A stretch of 58,809 nucleotides of DNA, filler included, from Squatina squatina (lineage: Eukaryota): NCBI GenBank assembly GCA_031763465.1. It is 2 parts of 2 records of this genome, joined end to end, with 100 filler letters (N's around TTAATTAATTAA, not from the genome) between each part and the next. Parts side by side here need not be neighbours in the genome. Positions count along the whole stretch, not along the records: positions 1 to 28,606 come from JARFOE010000115.1; 1 more part is not named here. The stretch is one strand, 5' to 3'. Below the pieces are notes generated by a model. That model was not told the origin of the DNA and ran no database searches. It was given only the letters and a program-made list of their open reading frames with translations. Position 1 is the stretch's first letter, and each line of letters opens with the position of its first letter. A program made the position numbers and the translations under genes. Positions 11,986 to 25,139 of the stretch are shown one piece after another.

Positions 11986-13047
11986 NNNNNNNNNNNNNNN
12001 NNNNNNNNNNNNNNNNNNNNNNNNNNNNNNNNNNNNNNNNNNNNNNNNNNNNNNNNNNNNNNNNNNNNNNNNNNNNNNNNNNNNNCTTCACAGACCCATA
12101 TTGGCTATCTTTTATGATCTTATTGCTATCCTGATGTTCCACGACCATACCAAAGTGACATTACCGGAGCCTACTGCTCATTGAAGCAACCCAGTTTATA
12201 GATTTTAAAGGCTTAAGATCTAAATCTCAGAAAAAGGTCAGGAATTGGTTTGTAGTTTTGTAGACTCATTTTTGGCCTCTTGATTATTTATGCGCACCTT
12301 CCTCTAAATCCAACATGTCTGAGTCTCCTGATCATGTCTGTAGCATTTACGTAATTCTTTTTAAAATAAGTATTGGAAACTGGATGTATTTCAAATGCAG
12401 TATTAAGACAGAATTTCCATTCCAAATGCAGCAGAATTACGTTTCAGAATTCCTCCCATTCTCTCCTTAGTAATGTTTTAATTAAGTGGGGAATGTTATT
12501 TTCAGAGCTCACATCTTTCCAGCTGTTGGCTTTTGTTCTTTGGGGAGAATCCATAGGAATTTGAATTCCTTTTCCAAAAAAATAATTACTGTTGTGGGTA
12601 GTTTTATAGTCGGAACTCATGAGTGGAAATTAAAAATANNNNNNNNNNNNNNNNNNNNNNNNNNNNNNNNNNNNNNNNNNNNNNNNNNNNNNNNNNNNNN
12701 NNNNNNNNNNNNNNNNNNNNNNNNNNNNNNNNNNNNNNCCTTCTCCCTGATCCTCACTGGGTTGCCATGACGAGTCACTGGACAGTTTCCCACACTGACC
12801 AATCCTTTCTCGGGACCTCAAAACTGTGTAACTCTTTTATCCCCCTCAACCTCTCTTCCCTCCTGCAATCTTCAATCCCAAACTAAGCATCGTGTAATCC
12901 CTAACTTCCTGATTTGCCTCTTCTCGTTTACTCCAATCCGTTGGGGTGGTGTCCTGCACTGTGACCCTTGGCCTTTCACCTTGGTGTCTCAATAAAAAAA
13001 ATGGTGCTATTGTTGAGTCCACAGGAGTTGTTGTGTTCTCTCTCCAG

Positions 13048-13218
13048 TTAAGGACAGTGAAGACGGTTGGTCTCCTTGGTCCGAATGGACAGAATGCTCC
13101 GTGTCTTGCGGCACTGGAACGCAGCAACGGGGAAGATCATGTGATCCCACCAGCAGTCGTTGCGAGGGCCCGTCCATCCAAACTAAATCTTGCCTGTCAG
13201 CAGAATGCGACAAACGAA
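13048..13218 (+). CDS. THBS2: Internal exon of a subgroup-A thrombospondin (first TSP type-1 repeat), most likely thrombospondin-2
   Basis: Acceptor ttctctctccag and donor gtaagt; 171 nt, phase 1-1. Translates (x)[56 protein letters not shown], with the WxxWxxW, CSxxCG and QQRGRSC motifs. GTGTQQ, GPSIQT, the short N-terminal spacing and the nearby DACT2 favour THBS2 over THBS1. Not in the ORF track. Confidence 0.85.
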
Positions 13219-13486
13219 GTAAGTCTCAGCCCGTTCACGGATGTCTCTTAGGGAGTCGGTAATTCCCATTGTAAGAACGAATGAGGTATGGTAGATTTCC
13301 CAACTGCACTAACCTTAGCATCTATCAGAACCAAATCAACATGTTATATGTTGTCATTGGTATTGTGCATGGACTTTAACAATATANNNNNNNNNNNNNN
13401 NNNNNNNNNNNNNNNNNNNNNNNNNNNNNNNNNNNNNNNNNNNNNNNNNNNNNNNNNNNNNNNNNNNNNNNNNNNNNNNNNNNNNN

Positions 13487-13607
13487 GAATCTTGTATGTT
13501 TCAATGAGTTCATCTCTCATTCTTCTAAACTCCAGAGAGTATAGGCCTATTATGCGCAATCTCTCCTCATAGGAGAACCCTCTCAGCCCAGGAGTCAGTC
13601 TGGCCAT
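13487..13607 (-). mobile_element. CR1/HER1 fragment
   Basis: ARLTPGLRGFSYEERLRIIGLYSLEFRRMRDELIETYKI. Confidence 0.9.
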
Positions 13608-15656
13608 CTATGTACATGCACTTTCCAGCAGGGGTAGCCACGAGACAACGATCAGGAGTAAGAACTCTGGCTGATTTCACCCCACCTCACCAACCCCCTC
13701 CCTTCCCCAGCTTTTGGACTGAGTAGTTCCGCAGGTCATCGCAAAGTGCGAACATCTTTCAAGGGAAATAAAACATGGCATGTGCGGAGGGGGAAAAGAT
13801 GTGAATATTTAGATTGTATCATATTTTCCTATTTAATTTATTTATGGTTTTTTTCTTTCTCTTTTAAAAAAATTGTTTGTGGGAAGCAGTGAATTTTGCC
13901 AAAGATTGTAAATAATTTATTTATTTGTTTACACTGAATATCGAAATTTGAAAGAGAAACTTGGCCGACAAACCCTAGTCTTTATTTTTTTGATTAATAT
14001 TAGGTAAATAAACTATCAAAAGGCTCAAACAGTGTTCTGTGAGTTAAACCGATTTGTGTTTATACACCGTATTCATTAGTTAAATAAATTTGCTCTACCT
14101 TGTTTCCTTTAAACTGTAAATAGCACTGGTGTACTGTAAAGCAGGGGCATCCAAGGCTTCCTTTATTGGCCTTGTGAGCCCCTTGGGTGCCATGGACCCC
14201 CTCAGGCCACATATTGCATTTAAATTGACATCCCCATTAATCTGCTCTGTATCTCAAGCAGATGGCACTAACCGAGCTTGGCCGTTCTGACTTAATACTC
14301 AAAGAACAAGCCTTTTCCAAAAACCTCCGGGCCTCCCCTGTCAAATTCAAACAAGCCAGCCAATAACAAATGGGCTTTGTTGGACCAGACCGTTAGGCAT
14401 CGCAGTCTGCCCGTTGGACCACTGGTCGTGGTTCGGACACCCCCCTGCCGTCGACAGTCAATTCCCACATTTTCCAGCACTCCACTCTAATGGCATTCTG
14501 TTACGTCAAACACTTCACAATGAGTATACGGGGGTATTCCCCGTTAAAAACAGCAGGATAATGGTGTTGCTAGACCCGACATCTTGCCACGTCAGTGCAT
14601 GTCTTCACATTGTATAGCTGTTGAGTACTGCAGGATAATTTGTTTTCTTTTATCAGGTTTTGATGCTTGTCATGTTTGTTGTGTTTTTTTATATATATAC
14701 GCGCACACACAAGGTTATCATATTAACTGTACATAGCTAAAGGGTGCAGTTTGTTAATGAAGCATATAATAAAAATACTCAGCTTTACGTTTCAGTATTC
14801 TTGTATCAGAGTTACAGCAGACGGCTGCAAGAAATAACTGTGGCTTTCCGAGAGGGTCTCTCTCGTAGAGCAATGCGTTTGAATCAGGTGATAAACCAAA
14901 CACAGGCCAATCAGCATTGTTTTCTCCCTCAGATTGAAGTCATTGCATTTACAGCACATTTCTGTTATTAGGCCAGTCAGTGCCTAATGATCTACAGAAT
15001 ACCGTAAAACAGAATTGCAGCAAATGTGTCATTAGCAGGTGCTAAAGGTTTAAGAAAAAAAGATAACATTTTTCTACATAACACGATTAGATTCATCCAT
15101 TGAATTGTTATTTGTATCTTTTAATGCCTTTAACATTTTTGCTTGAAGGTCTCAGCCTCTCTCAAAAGCCTGGACTATTGTTGATATTTTTGCCCAGGGT
15201 TGTGACTGTAAGCTGAATTTAGATTGTGCCGTCTGAGCATGTACAGTGTATCTAATTTTCTATGATGCATCAGCACCGTTCAGTCAACTCTATTGATGGG
15301 TACGTTTCCGCTAGCCAGTGGCTCATCTTCAAATAATTTTGAAAAACAACAGAGCAATTTCAAAAGCTTTATGAAGGTAAAATGTGTATTTTATAAAAGC
15401 AAGAAGGCTATACGTGTGTGAAACATGAGGAAGAGTGAAGGCAATCTTTAACGTAAGACACACACCTATACTAGTGTAATACGCACACTTATGCTTGTAT
15501 GGTGTTGATCATGTAAAGTCAGATTTCCCTCAGGGAGCATTCGTGTTGCAGTAGGTATAGGTGTGAGGATCTGCAGCATTTGGAAGGAAGCTCTAACAAG
15601 TGGACTTCGTATGCAGCTGTAATTGTGTGTGACAGAGCGGTGATGGTCAAATAATA

Positions 15657-16262
15657 TGGGAGCACTATTCAGCCTGGGCGCTTCCAAGACGGTATCGGGT
15701 GGACCTGGCATTTTTCCCACTGGCTCCCAAAACCCTTCACCCGCCATGGCATTCATTGTTCCACGGCGGGAGCGAGGCGCAGTGTTGTCGGGTTGCTCTC
15801 GGGGCGGAACTGGGGCGGCCGGCCGGGGTCGTTGTTGGCGCTGTTAGTGTCAGCGCCACGTTAGCAACGTTAGTGCACTGCATCTGTGCCGCGGCATGCT
15901 GGCGTCGGACGCAGTGCACTGACGCCCTGAAAGGGCAGGGCTGCTGGCCATCCAGAAAGCACCTCCGTGGCCTGCCACTGGGCCACCAGAGACGCTGAAA
16001 CCAACCGGCACGGCGGCCATGTCCTGCGAGGTAATTCTGCCCGTGGGATGCAAAGAGGGTTGCGGCTCTGCAGTAAGGTTCAGCGCGCATTTTTATGATG
16101 TCTCATGCCAACCCACCGCGAAGTTCCTGTTGAACCTTGGGAATTCCCCGGAAGGCGAGATGGTCGCCTCCCGGCGCCATTTTCTGCACTTTGTCCCGTT
16201 AGCGCCATTGTCTGCATTTTCGTCCTGTTAGTGTCCCTTGGAGGTGCTAACAGGGCAAAACA
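15657..16262. mobile_element. GC-rich Harbinger-like non-autonomous element
   Basis: CpG-dense block with sharp edges. Reverse complement of the right end (ttttgccctgttagcacctcc) resembles 1119-1141 (ttgcgcctcccgttagtacctc). Confidence 0.5.
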
Positions 16263-16263
16263 G

Positions 16264-16375
16264 CCTGAAATATTTACTCTGTTTCTCTCTCCACAGATGC
16301 TGCCTGACCGGGAGCATTTCCAGCATTTTCTGTTTTAATTTCAAATGTCCAGAATCCGCAGGCTTTTGCTTTTGT
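16264..16375 (+). repeat. Short interspersed repeat (possibly Penelope-like terminus)
   Basis: ctctgtttctctctccacagatgctgcctgacc...tttccagcattttctgtttt; second copy at 1850. Confidence 0.6.
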
Positions 16376-17959
16376 TGGCAGCCCTGTTTTGGACTCGCGT
16401 CTCCTTTTTTTTGCTCAAGCNNNNNNNNNNNNNNNNNNNNNNNNNNNNNNNNNNNNNNNNNNNNNNNNNNNNNNNNNNNNNNNNNNNNNNNNNNNNNNNN
16501 NNNNNNNNNNNNNNNNNNNNGTTACTAACACACTCGCACAGAGTGAGTTAATGAAACAGCCACTCTGACTTTTAATACCCATCATACTGCTGCTATATAG
16601 TGGGAGAATAGATTCAATAATCTCATTCTGTGCATACTAGGCTCGGTAGGGGACCATTGCGTTCTAAGCCTAGCTGAGGCACAGTGAAGGAGGTCACTGA
16701 GTCCAACGTTCCAGCTGACTGCTGTGTTTATACAGGGGAGGGTCTTGCTAGTTCAGCACTAATACTAGTTGTCAGCTTAGATACATTAGATTGGAACATG
16801 CAAATTAACGAAAGGCTCAGATTCGTTACCTAAGGCACTAACTTTACCCTTCTTGTGTCCATAAGTTGCATCCAAATCATTTATTCACAGCAGGTTAAGG
16901 GGCCTTAGGGTATTTCCTTCGGCCATACACGAACTAATACCATAATGGACATCCTGAAGGATTATGTGTCCTGCTATGATGATGTATTGCACTCAGTATG
17001 AAATTATTTCATGCTATTTTGCCCAGCCAAGGGAGCCACATCAGCCGTCCTCACTTTCAATGCTCTTACTTGCAGTTCCCCTCACACATGGGACAAAAAA
17101 CAAACAGTCTCGTGATTCTATCTGCGGAGAGGAGCTTAAGGAGATTGCACAAGTGGAACCTTGATTCAACAAATCTGGATGCCAGACCGCTGCCTGGGAT
17201 GAAGACTAACGTGAGCTTGCGTATATTGGGAACAGATGGCCCTTTCCAGCAACAAAATGTGAGCCAGATCGCAGTGTGATATCAACACCTTCCTGGCTGG
17301 AATTTTAATAGGTCTCCACTCGAATAAAATTCAGCACGCTGTTGAAATGTAGAATATACTTCTTCCTCAGTAATAGTAGGAAGAATTGCATGTGCTAACA
17401 GATTAGAAGGGTTGAACCCAACTGGACATCCTTTTCTTTAAATACGTGGTTGTGCTACAACATTCCTAGATTTCTCCAAAATGAACACATTCTGTACGCA
17501 CTGAGACTGCGCAGCACTCACTGCCTTCACAATCTGATTTCCCCCCTACCTCACCCCTCTACCTGGTGATTGAAGAAATACAATGCGGGTACAGTTATTG
17601 GGCAGTGTTCCTGCTTGGAACACTCATGAGACATTGTTATCAACAACTGCAAAAGTCTTCTGTTAGAAATTTCATCATCCTCTCACACGACACTGTCCTC
17701 TTAACACTGTGACCATGTTTTTAATCTCCCTGCCTTGCATGAGTGATTACCTTGTTTTTTTACATATCTCCCACTGGCTTTCTGGTTTGTGAATGTCAAT
17801 TCTTCCCTGCTTTGATAGCTGCTCTCAGGATTTAGCTTAATGGTGCCTCCTCCCCAACCCAAGTGCCATCTCTACTCAGCTGCTAGTCCCTTCTGTAGAA
17901 ACATGGAGAAATCTGACATCTTTGTCAGTCGATCAGTTCACCGCTTTAAGCCGCTTATC

Positions 17960-18120
17960 AAGACTATGAGTGTGATGGAATACTCTCCACTTGCCTAGAT
18001 AAGTGCAGCTCCAACAACACTCAAGAAACTTGACACCATCCAGGACAAAGCAGTCTGCTTGATTGGCATCCCATCCACCACATTAAACATTCACTCCCTC
18101 CACCACCAGTGCGCCATGGC
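17960..18120 (+). mobile_element. Second LINE family (CR1/L2 group), ORF2 C-terminal fragment
   Basis: Reads SVMEYSPLA*ISAAPTTLKKLDTIQDKAVCLIGIPSTTLNIHSLHHQ, the post-RT EY..W....KLD.IQ pattern. Confidence 0.75.
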
Positions 18121-19269
18121 NNNNNNNNNNNNNNNNNNNNNNNNNNNNNNNNNNNNNNNNNNNNNNNNNNNNNNNNNNNNNNNNNNNNNNNNNNNNNNNN
18201 NNNNNNNNNNNNNNNNNNNNCTGGTCAATACATTATGCTGTGGGATGTTCCTTCATGACACTGAAGAATAGAGACTTTGCCTACTTTCCCCAGCTGCAAG
18301 CCAATCATAGTATCATCGTCCACAACAAGGTGACAGAGGTATACTGCAGATAATCATTAAAAAGGAAAAAGTGATTCCAATGTTTTCTACCTCAGATTGG
18401 ATCCAGATGGTTTTCTCTCTCTCCCTCTCATGAAGTTAAGTAAATAAAAAATTGCTCCAATTTGGCTCAGGGAGATGAAATTGCAGCTCATTTTCCAAGT
18501 CATTTTCCTAAATCAAGTCTCCCCAGTTATTCCAAGGATGTGTCAAGCAGAGTTTTATTTTTGCTCCACAAAGTGTTTCAGCATGACAATGTGGAATTTG
18601 GTCCCATTGTTGCGTATCAAGCCATAATCTGGAGCTTTTTACTCGCTTTAGAACGGTTTAGGACTTTCCGCTTTAGAGGCAAAGCTTGTTGATCCTTTAA
18701 AAAGGACAATCCTCAGGGACGGAGTAACATATCAAAGATATCTGTCTCCCATCTAAATAATTGCCTCTTCCGAAAGCATCAGATGAATTTCCCATATCAC
18801 GGATCTGTTGGAGAGCTGTGCTAATTTAACTCAGATTCCCTGGAAAGTTGAGAGCCTGAGAATCTAGCCGGAGGGTTTTGACTTGATAAACCATTTAATA
18901 GTTTCAGTTTGAACTTGGGATGGGCATGCCTGCTCTCTTCTCAATTGCAAACCATCTACTCAAACCAGCGTTCTGACAGGTCAAAGTGAAGTCCCATCTG
19001 TTGCCTGAAGCAATCAGAAACTCAGACATTTTAAGGGTGTGATCAGATCATTTCCTATCAGCTTAATTCCTTTGCAGATTCTGACATAATGGAAAGGAGC
19101 AGTCTAACATTTCGGTAGCTCTCCAGTGAATCCCTCTTCCTATTAATGAGATTTTAGAGTGCTTCTCTTATTCCGTCAAAGTCAGGATGGAGCTGAAACG
19201 ATCTGTCAAAACTGTAGACCTTTGGGAATCTTTCTTGCAGCTGAGAACAAAGCTTATGGACTTTTTGGA

Positions 19270-19880
19270 ATATAGGAACAGGAGGAGGCCATTTAGCCCC
19301 TTGAGCCTNNNNNNNNNNNNNNNNNNNNNNNNNNNNNNNNNNNNNNNNNNNNNNNNNNNNNNNNNNNNNNNNNNNNNNNNNNNNNNNNNNNNNNNNNNNN
19401 NNNNNNNNCCACAGAAGGCAGTTGAGGCCAAATCATTAAATATATTCAAGAGGGAGTTAGATATAGCTCTTAAGGCTAAAGGGATACGGGGAGAAAGCAG
19501 GGACAGGGTACTGAAGTTGGAAGATCAGTCATGATCTCATTGAATGGCGAAGCAGGCCCAAAGGGCCGACTCCTGCTCCTATCTTCTATGTTTCTATGTA
19601 AATCCTTTAATGATTTTAAACACCTCAATTAAATCACCCCTTAATCTATACTGGAGGGAATACAAGCCTAGTCTATGCAACCTGTCATAATTCAACCTTT
19701 TTAGCCCTGGTATCATTCTGATGAATCTGCGCTGTACCCCCTCTAAGGCCAATACATCCTTCCTGAGGTGCGAAGCCTAGAACTGAATGCAGTGCTCCAG
19801 GTCGGGGTCCAACCAGAGCTTTATGCAACTATCATAACCTCCACTCCTTTGCAATCCAGCCCCCTTGAGATGAAGGCTGT
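19270..19880. mobile_element. Cluster of CR1/HER1 pieces: tail (-), 3' end (+, 19409-19600), ORF2 end (-, 19600-19880)
   Basis: QKAVEAKSLNIFKRELDIAL; tail ctcctgctcctatcttctatgtttctatg; antisense cctagaactgaatgcagtgctccag. Confidence 0.85.
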
Positions 19881-21274
19881 CTACCTTCACTCTCCTGCAA
19901 AAAAAGATTCCCAGTCCCATTGAAGGTTTTTAACAAAGTGAAAGGATATCTGAATCTGTGCTGGAGCCAAACTACCATTTGATCTAGTGCCAGATTCCAA
20001 GGTTTGCTTAGTGCTTGGTATTTTGTCTTCTGTGCCAAGGCTAAATGTGTGGCCCTGAACAGAGCCACTTATGGAAAAGCTCAACTCTGATCGAATATTT
20101 TTGATGTGGTGAAAATATTAGTTTGAAAAAAAAATTAAGTGTTATACTTCACTGCCATACAATGTAATATCCATTACAACAAAAAGGCGAAAGTAGTTTT
20201 CCAAATTTAAGTAGTAATATGATCTCTAAAATATTATACATGGAGTAATATTTGGAATTTTGAATCACATTCATAGACCAATGGAAGAGGCATACCCACT
20301 TATATCTTCATTGAAATCTTTTACTTCAAATTGTAAATTCATATCATTTTAGTTAATTTATGGCTACCTGTTTTAGTTTCTGAGACAATGAAGGTGTCAG
20401 AGGTAATGTCACCCATAAAAGCAATTCCCTGTTATAAAGATTACTGCTTTTCAAATTGAAAACGCATTGACTCAATCATTTCCCATTCCCACTTTAACCA
20501 ATCATACTGTAATGCAATTATTCTTTATCTCCTACCATTTTAGTTGCCCTCATTCATTTAATTCCAATATCACTCACAGGACTGTTTCTTTCTGCCAGTT
20601 TCCTTCTCCCTCCCCTCTTAGTTGCATCGGATATTTATATTTGGAAATGTAAAGGGTGTATATTCGGGGTTATCTGCAGATGCAGGTGCAGAATGGACGC
20701 AGCGATTGAGCGAGCAGACCCTAGGCATNNNNNNNNNNNNNNNNNNNNNNNNNNNNNNNNNNNNNNNNNNNNNNNNNNNNNNNNNNNNNNNNNNNNNNNN
20801 NNNNNNNNNNNNNNNNNNNNNNNNNNNNGCTTTACTGCCCCATCCTCTCTTTCTGCCCAAATCTTCGTCCCCTTATGTCACTGCTTTCATTCTTTTTCTT
20901 TCTCTCTCATTCCACCTACCTAACTCTGGAAGACCGCCAACCATCTGTGCAATGCGCGTAGATTCTGTGAGGGACACAAAAGCGCCCATTTTCCTGGAGC
21001 ACCCGAGAGACTTGGCAGCTGTTGAAAGCCTGAAGAAAATCCATCCTGATTGTGAGGAGTCATTCCAGAATTCACATGTGGTTTGGACTTCCCATAAAGC
21101 ATTGGAGTTGAGAGTGCTACTTTTGGAGGGATGCCAACTCCAGTTGGAAGCATTCATGGAGATTTCGTCATGTGACCTTTTTGCCTCCAACCAGCCTGTC
21201 ACCCACGCTCCCACCATTGGTCAGCTGACTCATCTTTCCAGCAGCCCATCAACTTCCAACGCCAATTGGAAAGT

Positions 21275-21860
21275 ATCAGATTCAATAATAACTCTTAAAA
21301 GGGAATTGGATAAATACTTGAAGGGGAGTATTTTGCAGGACTACAGGGCAAGGGGTATGGTGGCATAGTGGTTATGTTATGGGACTGATAATCTAATGCC
21401 TGGACTAATAAATATGGAAACATGAGTTTAGATCCCACCACAGTAGCTGGAGAATTTTAATTCAATTAACTAAATCTGGAATAAATAGCAAGTAATGGTG
21501 ACCATGAGACTACCGGATTGTTGTCGAAACCCATTTGGTTCACTACTGTCCTTTAAGGAATGAAATCTACCTCCCTTACCCGGTCTGGCCTATATGTAAC
21601 TCCAGACCCACAGCAATGTGGTTAATTCTTAACTGCCCTCTAGCAAGCCACTCAGTTGTACTCATGACGGCGGCTCTCCGCCACCTTCTCGAGGGCAATT
21701 AGGGATGGGCAATAAATGCTGGCCTCACCGGTGACACCCTCATTCCGAGAATGAATCAGTAAAATCTAAGGGCCAGTGAGTGGAACTAATTGGATAGCTT
21801 TTCAAAGAGCCAACATTGTCTGAATGGCCTCCTGCTGTGCAGTATGATTCTATGATTCAT
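21275..21860 (+). mobile_element. CR1 3' end split by a SINE insertion
   Basis: DSIITLKRELDKYLKGSILQDYRARG stops at about 21352 and resumes at about 21768 (agtggaactaattggatagc...atgattctatgattc). Confidence 0.8.
21353..21757 (+). mobile_element. Full-length tRNA-derived SINE (SlmI/MetaSINE-like central domain)
   Basis: A box ggtggcatagtgg and B-like gagtttagatccc. Core cttacccggtctggcctatatgtaactccagacccacagcaatgtgg; tail gggcaataaatgctggcc...gaatgaat. Family name recalled, not searched. Confidence 0.7.
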
Positions 21861-24344
21861 TACCTGATTGGATGATTCTTGACTGTCAGTCAAAGAGCCT
21901 TTTTTCCCCATCTCCAATATTTTGATAAATAATAAACAGAAGTGTTCAATGGAAATGAAAACAACACACAAGTTTTAATACTGATCCTGTGATTTCTCAT
22001 TCTGGATTGCTCAGTGTCCAGGAGATTAATCCTTAATTCCAGGAGAATTCAGGACAATCATGGNNNNNNNNNNNNNNNNNNNNNNNNNNNNNNNNNNNNN
22101 NNNNNNNNNNNNNNNNNNNNNNNNNNNNNNNNNNNNNNNNNNNNNNNNNNNNNNNNNNNNNNNGGAGTCATTAGAATTCAATGGAGTTCTTTTCTCAATA
22201 ATAGACACATTGATGGATATCCACAAATTTAGTGCCGGATGAGACAAAGAAGTTTGTTGCTGGGTTTTATCCAGAGAACTGGGTCCGAACCATCCCAGGT
22301 CCCTTACATGTTGGAGAACCTTCAACATTTGGGCCTAACACCAAGTTCTATCATGATTCATATTGCAGCTGTTGCATCTTTCCATATTTCTTCCCAGCAA
22401 GGTTCCCCGGGGCAACATTCCCTATTTTTGCCTTGATTGAAAATCTAATCTAAATCATTTCTCTTTTAACTCTTCGAATCTGGTTACTTCATATGCTTTT
22501 TGAGCATGTGAATTCTGGCTGGTTTTATGTCTGCTGCACTGTGTCAAGGAGTAAGTGTAAGATCAAGGATCACTCCACTGGAGACACATTCACTTCACAA
22601 CAGTTGCTTTAGGCACCATCTGCAACGTTGCAACTTTGACCAACGCTCAAACCTTTACTTAGTGTTTAAGTTTGGATCAATCAGACACCGGTGACCCGCA
22701 GTTTGGCAGATCACTCTTGACTGAAGGTACTTCATCCAGACAGGGAGAGACGTCCTTCCCGTTCTAAGTGCCACATGAGTCAGACTTACACAATATGCGG
22801 ACCGTGTTGTAATGAAGGATAAAGTAACTGGTACTCTGCCACATTCTCACAGTTTGAATAAACTCAACAAATTAAGGCGCAAACAGATTTATGTTTCGGT
22901 TGGACTCTACCCGTGTTTGGCTGGTNNNNNNNNNNNNNNNNNNNNNNNNNNNNNNNNNNNNNNNNNNNNNNNNNNNNNNNNNNNNNNNNNNNNNNNNNNN
23001 NNNNNNNNNNNNNNNNNNNNNNNNNAAGTCTGATTGAGCACCAGAGGTAAATCGGCATTCGTAAGACACAACTTTCCCAACATGGAAGTTTAGACTGGAC
23101 TGATTTCCCACCTATTGCTCAGTTGCAATGGGCTTGAATTCCACACGCTCACCTCTTTAACATGCATCAACCCAACACAGCTTTGAGGCAGGCAGTGACA
23201 AACAGCGACAGCGAGATTGCTCACCACTGGGTTCCCCTTGAAAGGGCCGCAGGGGAGAGTAAGGGCAGTCGGAGCTAAGAGGTACGCGAGAGCTGGAAAG
23301 GAAGGCCTCCGATTTACCAGCATTGAGAAGTGGCAGAATCATAGCATTGTGCCGTGTGCCTATTTCCCTCTCTTCCCTTATTATCCTGTCATTCATCTGC
23401 AGCGAGCCAGGGCATTCCTCATTACATTTACAGAGTAAGGGGTAAGAACAAAGGTGGCTGTGCACACAACGCTCGTACTGCAAGGAGGGTGGGTGTCAGA
23501 GATGAAATAAATATTGACCCTCTGCTTGTAAGGTTGGGGCGCTATTGTGTTGGGTTTGATATGTCCACAGTTGAGCTCACACGTCCCCTGGGATCATCTC
23601 TAAATATTAGATTACTGGGCCTTTGTTCCCAATGGAGAATGAGAACATTGCAATGAATCGGTCTCTGTTGAAAAACTACCCCTTTACTGTAGAAAAGAAC
23701 AGACTCAGCCCACAGATCACNNNNNNNNNNNNNNNNNNNNNNNNNNNNNNNNNNNNNNNNNNNNNNNNNNNNNNNNNNNNNNNNNNNNNNNNNNNNNNNN
23801 NNNNNNNNNNNNNNNNNNNNTGACAGTTTACGCAGGCCGTCCCTTTGAAGGTCGGGCTTTTGGAAGAATGGCTACCCTGGAGTGAGTAGTACTCCAAGTA
23901 ATCCAGCACTTCCTATGACATGGTGTCTGCTGTGCTACCACACGTCTCCCCGGAGACACACAAAAGGGCGCCATGCTTTCAGCATTTAGCATTTGTATAG
24001 TGCTGAGGCTTTAATAGTATTCTGGTGTTATCATAATCGCCCTTTATACTGTTTCGATCCCTTTATGGTTTACCTCACTTTGTTATTTTTGCTCTCTGGG
24101 ATTTTTTTCCCTTCCTCTCCTGAAGGCATTGACTCAATTTGGTGTCACGTGGTGTGGGCAGAGAGAGAGAGAGAGAGAAAAGGCCCGTGTCACTTTACCA
24201 CTAAAAAACCAGGTGCTAGGCCCCAGATCCCTTATCGCCGCCCAGCTGACATAAACTGCACCCATTGAACTCCTCTTTCAACATGTTAAAGACTTATCTG
24301 TAAACTTAAAGTTACAAATTGGAATGACAACGGTAACTATACAC

Positions 24345-24735
24345 TGCAACAATTTGCATTTATTTAGCGCCTTTAATGCAGTAAAACGTCCCAAGGCGCT
24401 TCACAGGAGCGTTATCAGACAAAATCTGACACGTAAGAAAGACTTGCATTTCTACAGCGACTTTCACAATCAACAGACGTCCCAAACTATTTTTGAAGAG
24501 TAGTCACTGTTGTAATGTAGGAAACGCGGNNNNNNNNNNNNNNNNNNNNNNNNNNNNNNNNNNNNNNNNNNNNNNNNNNNNNNNNNNNNNNNNNNNNNNN
24601 NNNNNNNNNNNNNNNNNNNNNNNNNNNNNTCTACATTACAACAGTGACTGAACTTGAAAAGTACTTGATTGGTTGTAAAGCACTATGCGATGTCCTGTGG
24701 TCGTGAAAAGGTGCTGTATAAATGCCAGTTCTTTC
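24345..24735. mobile_element. L2 tail (-), DeuSINE tail (-) and DeuSINE tail (+) around a gap
   Basis: aacgtcccaaggcgcttcacaggagcg; aagaaagacttgcatttct; ctacattacaacagtgact. Confidence 0.8.
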
Positions 24736-25139
24736 CTATAGGTCACAAGTACAGGACCCAGCTGTGTAGGAGCTACACCCGAGACAGGCAATTGTACAGT
24801 GAGCTCGGACAGTATTGGTGGTGAACGCCCTCCCTCAGGAGGTCTTTTCTTTTTAAAAGGGAATCAGAGGTTAAAGCGTCTGTACCCTGTGCACCCCACA
24901 GCAAAGTGACCTGGGATCACACTTGCTCTCCAGGTCAAACTATTGTCATGTTTCTGAGCAAAGTCCATGGACCCTGACAGTCCTATTCATATGTACAGTC
25001 CAGTGTTTCTCTCTAGCAGCTGGGGCCTACCAGGAAAAGGTTTAAATTTAGAAATAGCAATTCTTTTGTCTCCCAATCTTTTTTCAATTGCCAAATGTTT
25101 CTCCCCTCCTCTTGTTACGGTGCATTTATTAACCCTTCA

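Noticed and set aside
10260-12184. ORFs up to 305 aa, or a CRISPR-like array
   Set aside because: Minisatellite with frame-shifting (AC)n variation; no unique spacers, no cas genes, and a eukaryotic context.
12846-13251. Listed ORFs around the thrombospondin exon
   Set aside because: Wrong frames; the spliced frame carries the TSP1 motif.
16255-16300. Hammerhead ribozyme in the Penelope-like short repeat
   Set aside because: Only a cctgaaa half is present, with no upstream CTGANGA. Other ctgatga hits (19718, 32894, 40202, 41251) lack a stem II plus GAAA arrangement.
17076-17210. 135-nt AG...GT bounded open frame
   Set aside because: The peptide resembles no known neighbouring gene, and such windows occur by chance.
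20622-21368. 248-aa ORF
   Set aside because: It crosses an N gap, ends in a CR1 tail and a SINE head, and shows no recognisable domain.
23225-23292. Minus-strand exon-like segment (ttcctttccag...gtgagc)
   Set aside because: No frame matches SMOC2, DACT2, FRMD1 or any protein I recognise.
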